Source: a virus (lineage: Duplodnaviria > Caudoviricetes). From it: 54,333 bases of DNA. Below, piece after piece: positions 14,652 to 22,069 of the stretch. Made by a program: the position numbers and the translations under genes. The stretch's first letter is position 1, and each line of letters starts with the position of its first letter. Location of the stretch: positions 1 through 54,333 of IMG/VR virus record IMGVR_UViG_3300028597_000016. One strand, 5' to 3'. The notes under the pieces were generated by a model. The model was not told the origin of the DNA. It saw only the letters and a program-made list of their open reading frames with translations, and did not search any database.

Positions 14652-15722
14652 GTGGCCATCGACGACATGAGCACGGCGACGCACTGGGCGCGGCTGTGGG
14701 CGGCGAAGTCCGACTGGACCTGGGGCGCGGCCGACGGCATGCAGTCCCGGCTGGGGCCGAACGGCTACACCTACTGGTGCTTCGGCGACACGATCCAAGG
14801 GCTGCCCAATCCGGCGGACACCTCATTCGACTCCCAGCGGATCATGGTCAGCAACTCGATCGTGATGCAGAAGGGCGCCGAGCTGGGTCCGGCCACGTAC
14901 TCCAACGGGACGGCCAGCGTGCCGGACCAGACGATGGAGTCGATCCTTCGCCGGTTCTGGGTCACCGACATCATCTTCCCGAGCGTGTACCCGAACAAGG
15001 CGTACGCGCTCTGCCAGCGGATCCACGACGACTCCGGCTGGGTGGTCGACGGCGCGATGATCGCGGAGTTCGACATCGTGCACGAAGGCAAGCTCCGGTA
15101 CGTCCGAGTGCACGAGACGCCGACGACCCTGACGGACGAGCTGGACGAGCTGGAGATCCAGTGGTGCCAGAGCTGGGACGAGAAGGGCGGCTACATCTAC
15201 ATCTACGGCGTCAACTCGCCGGGCATCTCCAGCCCTTACCTGACGCCCAACCGGACGTACGTCGCCCGCGTGACCACACCCCACCTCACGAACAAGAACG
15301 CCTGGCAGATCTGGACCGGCACGGGCTGGGTCGGCGGACGCACGGACACCGCGCTGGCCAACGCCAAGCTGCGCGCTGCACCTGTGGTCGATGGCCAGGT
15401 GACGTCCGTTCGGTACCACGCCGGGACCACACGCTGGCTCCTGGCGCACAAGCCCTTCAGCGCGTACGGCGCGACGGTGGAGATGCACTCCGCACCGGCA
15501 CCCCAGGGAACGTGGACGCTCCGCAGCACGTTCGCCTCGGCGGGCGGGACGAGCCCCGGCGGCAACCCGTACGTCAGCTACAACCCCACCCTGCACCCGC
15601 ACGTCGAGCTGCTGAGTGGCCAATACCTGCTGTCCGTCAGCCACAACGGCGACTTCGGGGACATTTTCGACGAGCGCAACCTCTACAAGCCCGAGTGGAC
15701 GGAGGTTGCCATTCCGCTATAG
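14652..15722 (+). CDS. DUF4185/DUF5005-like beta-propeller, putative glycoside hydrolase
   Basis: 'GAADG...G.TYWCFGDT', 'GYIYIYG', 'YVARV', 'APAPQGTW', 'YNPTLHP', 'YKPEW'. Confidence 0.7.
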   Translation: MAIDDMSTATHWARLWAAKSDWTWGAADGMQSRLGPNGYTYWCFGDTIQGLPNPADTSFDSQRIMVSNSIVMQKGAELGPATYSNGTASVPDQTMESILRRFWVTDIIFPSVYPNKAYALCQRIHDDSGWVVDGAMIAEFDIVHEGKLRYVRVHETPTTLTDELDELEIQWCQSWDEKGGYIYIYGVNSPGISSPYLTPNRTYVARVTTPHLTNKNAWQIWTGTGWVGGRTDTALANAKLRAAPVVDGQVTSVRYHAGTTRWLLAHKPFSAYGATVEMHSAPAPQGTWTLRSTFASAGGTSPGGNPYVSYNPTLHPHVELLSGQYLLSVSHNGDFGDIFDERNLYKPEWTEVAIPL

Positions 15723-15737
15723 GGAGGAACCTTTGTA

Positions 15738-16259
15738 ATGGCCAACGAGAAGGCCATGTGGCAGGCGCTGCTACAGATGGCCGAGCGGAAGGGCTTGGAG
15801 TTCACCCGGATGGCAGCCGGTCTGGGCGCACAGATCCGTGACGGTCGGGTGCGCTTCGACGTCAGCCGCACGGCCACCGAGATGCGATCTGAACTTCCGA
15901 CGACCCGGGACATGGATGTGCTCAGGGGCCAGGTCGGCTCCCAAGGATCGATCCGCAAGAAGCTGGTAGACCTGGTTACGCCAGTGGTCGCCGCTGCCCC
16001 CCAATCGCACGTCACGACAGATGTGGTCGGTATGAGCGTCCAGGCAGGCAAAGATCTGGACCGGGCGGCGAACTTGATCGGCCAAGCAGAGGGGAAGAAG
16101 CGCACCGCTCTCGCCATGGTTGCGCAGATCGAGGACGAGACCGAGCAGGCCGCACAACTGATGATCAGAGCTGAGAAGGCGCTCGCGTCTGCCAACGCGA
16201 TGACCGTGCAGATCGAGGTACGGATACGGCGGGCGGTCTCGGACATTGATGGGGTCTGA
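15738..16259 (+). CDS. Coiled-coil hypothetical protein
   Basis: GGAGG RBS. Confidence 0.75.
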   Translation: MANEKAMWQALLQMAERKGLEFTRMAAGLGAQIRDGRVRFDVSRTATEMRSELPTTRDMDVLRGQVGSQGSIRKKLVDLVTPVVAAAPQSHVTTDVVGMSVQAGKDLDRAANLIGQAEGKKRTALAMVAQIEDETEQAAQLMIRAEKALASANAMTVQIEVRIRRAVSDIDGV

Positions 16260-16385
16260 GGGTAGACTGGACGTAGTACGCCCGTTAGTCTGAACTCTTC
16301 CCCGCCGTCGGGGAGGGGGCGCGGCGGGGCGTAGGCACACTGCGCCCCGTCGCTGCCATAAGAGTTACACGTACCTGGAGCAACC

Positions 16386-16907
16386 GTGACCCCTCCCCCG
16401 ATTTACGTCCATGCCTGCAATCTCTACGCAGCCTTCGAGGGTGCCGCACACGAGGTGACGGACGAGAAGGTGGCGCACGACTACGGCGTCCCTGTGGGCG
16501 CGAAGTTGTTCGTCGGCCACTGGTCCACCACGTTCACGAACAAGACCGACTACCCCGACCTGCCCGGCGAGTCCACGCAGCAGAAGGCATATGCCTTCCT
16601 CCAGAACACCGGCTGCCTGGAAGTACTTCGTCCGGGCGGGCGTGACTACCCCGGCGTGATCATCCTGCACCGGCCGCCGACCCTGAAGGACGCCACCGAC
16701 GCGCCCAGTGACACCCGGGCCACACGCGCCGGGAAGCTGGGTGTGGTCGAGACCGCCGTCGAGGGGCACACCGTCAGGATCGGCAACCTGGAAGAGGCCG
16801 TAGAAGTCCTCAGCCAGCGGCAGGACGCGATCGTGCGGTCCGTCGAGGTGGAGCTGATGAAGCTCTCGGCCCGGATGGACGCCGCACTCGACACCAAGAC
16901 GACCTAA
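16386..16907 (+). CDS. Hypothetical protein with C-terminal coiled coil
   Basis: GGAG RBS, GC3-rich codons. Confidence 0.75.
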   Translation: MTPPPIYVHACNLYAAFEGAAHEVTDEKVAHDYGVPVGAKLFVGHWSTTFTNKTDYPDLPGESTQQKAYAFLQNTGCLEVLRPGGRDYPGVIILHRPPTLKDATDAPSDTRATRAGKLGVVETAVEGHTVRIGNLEEAVEVLSQRQDAIVRSVEVELMKLSARMDAALDTKTT

Positions 16908-16912
16908 ATGAA

Positions 16913-16957
16913 GAAGGCGACCTCCCCGGAGAACCCATCAACAGGGAGGTCGCCTTC
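16913..16957 (+). promoter_or_regulatory. Perfect 14-bp hairpin displaying GGAGAACCCAT in its loop
   Basis: GAAGGCGACCTCCC/GGGAGGTCGCCTTC. Confidence 0.6.
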
Positions 16958-17071
16958 ACCCACCGCGCCCGAGCCCCTGCCACGAAAGCTCTCGCGCAAC
17001 CACAGAAAGACGCCTGACCAAAGCCGCCTCAAAGCGGAACGATACATCGAACTCGATACAAGGGAGAACCC

Positions 17072-17356
17072 ATGCCCGACACGACCCCCCATACCAACGT
17101 GCATACGTTCCTGGTCGCACAGCCGGGGGTGTGGATGCCGGTGACGATGAAATCCCCGATCCCGGAGCCGAGCACCTGGGAGCAGTACGACGAGTTGATC
17201 GCGCGTGCGTCCGAAGACCTGGGTGTTCCCTCGCAGTACGTCAAGCTCATCGGGACGATCGAGCTGGTCGACGAGCCGTGGGTCGAGCCTCGCAAGGAGA
17301 GCCCGATCGTGGTTCCGAACAAGAACCTGATCGTTCCGCCGGGGGTGAAGCGATGA
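17072..17356 (+). CDS. Hypothetical protein
   Basis: GGAGAACCCATG start. Confidence 0.75.
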   Translation: MPDTTPHTNVHTFLVAQPGVWMPVTMKSPIPEPSTWEQYDELIARASEDLGVPSQYVKLIGTIELVDEPWVEPRKESPIVVPNKNLIVPPGVKR

Positions 17357-17475
17357 ACGAGAAGGGCTTCGACGTCTTCTTCACGCTGGTGTTTCTGATC
17401 GCTGGCCTGCTCTCGGTAGCGTTCGTCGGAACGCTGATCTGGGGGATCGTCAAGCTGATCAACCACTACACATGA
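17353..17475 (+). CDS. Single-TM small membrane protein
   Basis: ATGA overlap; hydrophobic. Confidence 0.65.
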   Translation: MNEKGFDVFFTLVFLIAGLLSVAFVGTLIWGIVKLINHYT

Positions 17476-17687
17476 TCACCTACGACGACGCGATCAAGTG
17501 CCCTCGGTGTGATGAGGTCGGCTCGGCCAAGGTCACCTCCGGAACCCCTCGGGACCGTCTGATGACGTGCTCCTGTGCGGACAAGACCTGTTCGTTCTAC
17601 GGTCGGACCTGGTTCGTCATCCTCGATCCGAACAACCGCGTCCTGTACCACTCGATCTACCACGAAGAGGAACTGCCACATGATTGA
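17472..17687 (+). CDS. Zinc-ribbon protein
   Basis: CPRC...CSCADKTC. Confidence 0.7.
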   Translation: MITYDDAIKCPRCDEVGSAKVTSGTPRDRLMTCSCADKTCSFYGRTWFVILDPNNRVLYHSIYHEEELPHD

Positions 17688-18117
17688 CCCCTGGGAAGCC
17701 ATCCAACGCCAGATCAAGAAGAAAAAGGACGAACAGTTCGTCAAGGACGCTGAGCTGGCGAAGGAGAGCATGCCTCCGGAGATTCGTGAGCTGATCGAAT
17801 CCCCCGGTGCCCGACTCCTCATGCCGTCCGAGGTCGAAGCCAATCCGCAACTGCGAGTCATGGATGCGCTGATGCGCGCCAAGATGCAGTTGGAAGACCT
17901 GGACGAGCACTACCGGAGTGCGTTGATCATGATCCGCGCGCTGGTCATCACGTACGGCGTGAAGACCGACGGAGGTCACCAGGCGTTCGTCTCCAACGAT
18001 CTGTTGCGTGACGCGCCGGACTGTTTGCAGGTCGAAGCGGTAGAGAACGACGAGCTGGACGGGCACAACATCGTCGTCTCCCCACACGCCTGCGAGCACA
18101 AGGCGCACCCCAACTAA
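17680..18117 (+). CDS. Hypothetical protein
   Basis: GAGG RBS, overlap. Confidence 0.72.
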   Translation: MIDPWEAIQRQIKKKKDEQFVKDAELAKESMPPEIRELIESPGARLLMPSEVEANPQLRVMDALMRAKMQLEDLDEHYRSALIMIRALVITYGVKTDGGHQAFVSNDLLRDAPDCLQVEAVENDELDGHNIVVSPHACEHKAHPN

Positions 18118-18187
18118 GCCGCCGGTCCCTGCCTCGTGCTCTAACGCCCTCCAGCGAGGCAGGGGCCGGTCTTCCCAAGGAGAACCC

Positions 18188-18322
18188 ATGGCGCGCATGC
18201 TCGGCCTGCTCAACTGCTACGACCACTACTGCTACCGGTGCGGGCACAAGTTGAAGAGCAAGACCCGCCGAGCGCAACGCCAGAAAGAACGTCGCGCCTG
18301 GTCGCGCGACCAGGAGATCTGA
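18188..18322 (+). CDS. 44-aa basic Cys-containing protein (MARMLGLLNCYDHYCYRCGHK...)
   Basis: AAGGAGAACCCATG; hand-translated; TGATG coupling to next gene. Confidence 0.65.
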   Translation: MARMLGLLNCYDHYCYRCGHKLKSKTRRAQRQKERRAWSRDQEI

Positions 18323-18636
18323 TGTCTGAAACGAACATGCGCAAGGTGCACGAGAACATCAAGGGCGACCTACTCGCTCTGGCACACGTGATCACAGACC
18401 TGCGCGACGTGGAGGAGCAGTTCAAGGAAGAGACGCTCTTTCCCCACATGTATGACGACGTGCGACAGGTGAGGAGTGGTCTCCAGCTCGCCGCGCGCCG
18501 TCTGAGAGAGATCAACCAGGAGTACGGCCTGCACGCCGATGCTCGTGAGCCCGCCGGTCCGGATGCGCTCGGCGGAACGAAGGTGATCGATCAACCCGTA
18601 AGCCCTGCCACCTCACCCCAGGAGAACCCACGATGA
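18322..18636 (+). CDS. Hypothetical protein
   Basis: Coupled ORF. Confidence 0.7.
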   Translation: MSETNMRKVHENIKGDLLALAHVITDLRDVEEQFKEETLFPHMYDDVRQVRSGLQLAARRLREINQEYGLHADAREPAGPDALGGTKVIDQPVSPATSPQENPR

Positions 18637-19391
18637 CCGACGTCCCGCGCTACACCCCTGTGGTCGAAGCCAACCACCACCTGTCCGAGAAGGTCCACGA
18701 GCTGGAAGACGAGCTTGAGTCAGTCCGGGCCGAGAAGACCAGCCTGTACCGGCGCTACCGCGACCTGGACAATCGCGTCTCCAACATGTCCGTCCGGAAC
18801 GAACAGCTCCGCCGCGAGAACTATCAGTTGGCCGCCTCGAACGCGGATCTCCGCCGCGAGAACGATCAGCTGTCCGCCTCGAACGAGGATCTCCAGGCCG
18901 AGAACATAGCCAACCTGGAGAAGGAGGCTCAGGCGCTCCGGGAACAGGTAGACGATCTGGACGCACAGAGGCGGTCCAGCATTGGCTGGAAAAACGTCGC
19001 CCAGAGCTACAAGGAAGAGGGCGAGAAGAACACCGACTATTGGACAAATCGTGCCCGCGACGCCGAGGCGGTCGCTGCGAGGCGACTGGATCGGCTAAAC
19101 GAGGCGCTCGGCGAGAGTGCCCACTACCAACGCGAGAACGCCAAGCTCCAGACCAAGATCGAAGAGCTAACTTCGCAGCTCCGCGATTACGACAACCACT
19201 ACAACGTCACGATTCAGGCACCCCCGACGGAGTCCGTATCTCGTGACCTGGTCGTGAAGTGGCGGGACTCTCTGAACCGCCAGACCAGTGGGGCCAAGAA
19301 GGTAGGACAGTGGCACGTGGTCGCGGTCAACGGACCGATGGTCTCGGTGCTCAACCGAATCCTGCGAAACGAGAGCCCGAACGTTGACTGA
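18633..19391 (+). CDS. Long coiled-coil protein with 14-aa internal repeats
   Basis: NEQLRRENYQLAAS / NADLRRENDQLSAS / NEDLQAEN. Confidence 0.8.
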   Translation: MTDVPRYTPVVEANHHLSEKVHELEDELESVRAEKTSLYRRYRDLDNRVSNMSVRNEQLRRENYQLAASNADLRRENDQLSASNEDLQAENIANLEKEAQALREQVDDLDAQRRSSIGWKNVAQSYKEEGEKNTDYWTNRARDAEAVAARRLDRLNEALGESAHYQRENAKLQTKIEELTSQLRDYDNHYNVTIQAPPTESVSRDLVVKWRDSLNRQTSGAKKVGQWHVVAVNGPMVSVLNRILRNESPNVD

Positions 19392-20991
19392 CAGCCCCAT
19401 CGATCTACGCCCGTTCCAGCGAGCGGCTGTGGATCACCTCTGCCTGGTCGAGGGTCGTCTGCTCGCGGACGACCCCGGCCTGGGCAAGACGTTCATGGCC
19501 GGTGAGATGGACCGGTTACTGCGCGTGTCCGACCAAGGCGTGAAGGCGGGGGAGTGGAAGCCGACACTCGTCGTCGTGCCCAAGAATCTGCGTTACACGT
19601 GGGGCGAGTGGTACGCGAGGTATCGGCCACACACCCGCACGATCGTCATCGACACGCGAAGTCCCAAGCATCGCGAGGTGTTCGCCAACGCGGTGAAGAG
19701 CCGTAGCCATGACGTCTACATCTGCCACTACGAGGGGCTGAAGCTGCTACTCGGCATCCTCAAGGACGTCGAGTGGCTGCACTTCATCCTCGACGAGGCG
19801 CATCGCATCTCCAACCGCAAGACACAGACCAGCAAGGCCGTCCGTGTGGTCAAGGCGGCCTGGCGCACGGCCCTGACCGGTACCGCCGCGAGCAAGTCGC
19901 CGGACCAGCTCTGGGCCATCCTCAACTTCCTCGAACCCAAGGTCTGGACGTCCTACTGGGCCTATCGCAAGCGCTATGTCGAGGAGCGCGTCGATCCGAT
20001 CCACGGCTACCGGAAGGCCGTCGGCCCGAACATCTCGATGCTCCCGGAGCTACAGCACCGGTTGAAGCCGATGATGGTCCGCCGACGGAAGGCCGACGTG
20101 CTCCCCGAGCTACCGCCCAAGCAGTACAAGAACATCTGGGTCGACCTCTCCCCCAAGCAGCGCAAGATCTACGACGAGATGCGCACGAAGATGCTCACCT
20201 GGGTTGGCGAGCACGAGGACGAGCCGCTCGTCGCTACGGTCGCCATCGCTCAGCTCATCCGGCTTCAGCAGATCGCGCTGGCCACACCCGCATTCGTCGA
20301 GCGCACCCGGATGGTCGCCCAGTACTGGGTGGAGCTGGACGACTTCGGCAACGAAGCGCCGGATGAAGAAGGCAACCCAATCTACCTGCGTGACCGGCAG
20401 GGACGTCGGATCTCCGAGGGTCTGCCCAAGCTCGAAGAGCAGGTCGTCGAGATCCACCTGGAAGAGCCGTCGTCCAAATTGGACGCTGTGATGGAGGTGG
20501 TCACTGACCTGGTCCAGCAGGGCCAGCAGGTGGTCATCTTCTCGCAGTTCACCCGCATGATCGACCTGCTCTGCACGCGTCTGGAAAGCGCGGGCATCGC
20601 GTACGGCAAGTACACCGGCCAGACCCGGGACACCACACGCACGCGGATCGAACAGGAGTTCGCCGAACGGAAGATCTCCGTGTTCGCCGGACAGTTCCAG
20701 GCCGGGGGTGTGGGCCTGAACCTCCAGACCGCCAGCACGGTGTGCTTCCTCGACCGTGCCTGGACGGCGCGTGACAACTTGCAGGCTGAAGACCGTATCC
20801 ACCGCATGGGACAGCTCGCCGAGACCATCACGGTGATCGACTTCCTGGGCAGGGATACGGTCGACCGGGGCCGGTTCCAGCAGATGCTGGACGGATGGCA
20901 CGGTGTCCAGCTCCTGCTGGGCGACAAGAACTTCGACTGGACACACATGGAGTCCCTCGAAGAACCCGAAGAAGAGGAGATCTTGGCATGA
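19384..20991 (+). CDS. SNF2-family SF2 helicase/translocase
   Basis: LADDPGLGKT, ILDEAH, LTGT, VIFSQF, GGVGLNLQ, QAEDRIHRMGQ. Confidence 0.92.
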   Translation: MTDSPIDLRPFQRAAVDHLCLVEGRLLADDPGLGKTFMAGEMDRLLRVSDQGVKAGEWKPTLVVVPKNLRYTWGEWYARYRPHTRTIVIDTRSPKHREVFANAVKSRSHDVYICHYEGLKLLLGILKDVEWLHFILDEAHRISNRKTQTSKAVRVVKAAWRTALTGTAASKSPDQLWAILNFLEPKVWTSYWAYRKRYVEERVDPIHGYRKAVGPNISMLPELQHRLKPMMVRRRKADVLPELPPKQYKNIWVDLSPKQRKIYDEMRTKMLTWVGEHEDEPLVATVAIAQLIRLQQIALATPAFVERTRMVAQYWVELDDFGNEAPDEEGNPIYLRDRQGRRISEGLPKLEEQVVEIHLEEPSSKLDAVMEVVTDLVQQGQQVVIFSQFTRMIDLLCTRLESAGIAYGKYTGQTRDTTRTRIEQEFAERKISVFAGQFQAGGVGLNLQTASTVCFLDRAWTARDNLQAEDRIHRMGQLAETITVIDFLGRDTVDRGRFQQMLDGWHGVQLLLGDKNFDWTHMESLEEPEEEEILA

Positions 20992-21128
20992 GCAGTTACG
21001 ACCCGGCAGCGGCCGAGGAGTACATCCGTTCCCGCGACACGCTCCGCGAGTTGCAGCGGGTGGGCAAGGAGACGAACGCCGACCTGGAGCGAGTCAAGGA
21101 AGCGGATAAGAATCTGAAGCGGAAGTGA
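20988..21128 (+). CDS. Small hypothetical protein
   Basis: GAGGAG RBS, ATGA overlap. Confidence 0.6.
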   Translation: MSSYDPAAAEEYIRSRDTLRELQRVGKETNADLERVKEADKNLKRK

Positions 21129-21131
21129 CCC

Positions 21132-21398
21132 ATGCCCCTCTACCGCGTCACCGCCTACCCGGCGAACGCATGCCATCCGACGCCTGACAGTGGGAATCGG
21201 GTCGACGAGGTCATGGTGCACGCCAAGGATGCTGAGCGTGCACGGACCTTGGCCGTCGAACTGCTGGTCAAGGAGGAGCGATACTCCGAAATCGCTACGT
21301 TCGCCGACCCACAGATGTCCGAAGTAGTACGTATCCCCAGCCGGAAGGCCGAAGGCATCTACGCCATCTACCTGCACCACTGCTCAGATCACATGTAA
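21132..21398 (+). CDS. Hypothetical protein
   Basis: Contiguous ORF; 'V.AKDAE.AR.LA' motif also seen in 21671..21886. Confidence 0.7.
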   Translation: MPLYRVTAYPANACHPTPDSGNRVDEVMVHAKDAERARTLAVELLVKEERYSEIATFADPQMSEVVRIPSRKAEGIYAIYLHHCSDHM

Positions 21399-21410
21399 CG
21401 GAGAACCCGC

Positions 21411-21674
21411 ATGACCACGCGTAACCCACCGCCGTACGACCCGTTCTGCAAGCGCTACGCGACCGACATGCCCGAGCTGGACAGGCTGTGGTCGGACGGA
21501 CCCGAACACCTGGCCACCTACGACGAAGAGCACCGCAAGATCGAGCGGGCTGAATACGCCCGAGCTGACGGGACATATGACCCGAGGACCGGGCACTTCG
21601 CCTGCGACACCTGCTACATCCAATTCGGTACCAGCCGCCGAGTTCTGATGAGGAAAAGCGCGGCCAAGCGATGA
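21411..21674 (+). CDS. Hypothetical zinc-binding protein
   Basis: GAGAACCC leader; DPFC...GTYDP.TGHFACDTCY. Confidence 0.75.
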   Translation: MTTRNPPPYDPFCKRYATDMPELDRLWSDGPEHLATYDEEHRKIERAEYARADGTYDPRTGHFACDTCYIQFGTSRRVLMRKSAAKR

Positions 21675-21886
21675 TCTACAAGGCGGTGTGGGAGGACGGC
21701 CGGGAAGCGATGATTCGAGCCGACAACGAAGAGCGCGCCCGCCAGCTCGCATCGGAGTTTCGAGCCAAGGATCCTCTCTTCGACTTCGACGTCTCGCAGA
21801 ATCCGACCTCGGTCGTGCACGTTCCATCCAAGGGTCCGGCCGAAACTGTCCTGGCCGGGTGGTCGGCCTGGGTAGACGCGGCATGA
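21671..21886 (+). CDS. Hypothetical protein
   Basis: ATGA overlap. Confidence 0.7.
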   Translation: MIYKAVWEDGREAMIRADNEERARQLASEFRAKDPLFDFDVSQNPTSVVHVPSKGPAETVLAGWSAWVDAA

Positions 21887-22047
21887 GTGAGGCCGAGTTC
21901 TACGCACACCATTGGGAGATGCGTGCCAAGTTCCGAGCTTGGAAGGCGCTCCGGTGTAAGAAGTGCAAGTGCTACGTCGTCACCAAGACGATGGCCAGCA
22001 AGTACCTCTCAGAGCAGAGCTGCACCGTCCCAGGTGTCATGATGTAG
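21883..22047 (+). CDS. Small Cys-rich protein
   Basis: ATGA overlap; CKKC. Confidence 0.6.
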   Translation: MSEAEFYAHHWEMRAKFRAWKALRCKKCKCYVVTKTMASKYLSEQSCTVPGVMM

Positions 22048-22069
22048 CTCAGCGAAGAGGGAGGTCACC

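Noticed and set aside
16908-17144. 78-aa ORF
   Set aside because: Runs through a perfect hairpin, low-complexity product, overlaps the better-supported gene at 17072
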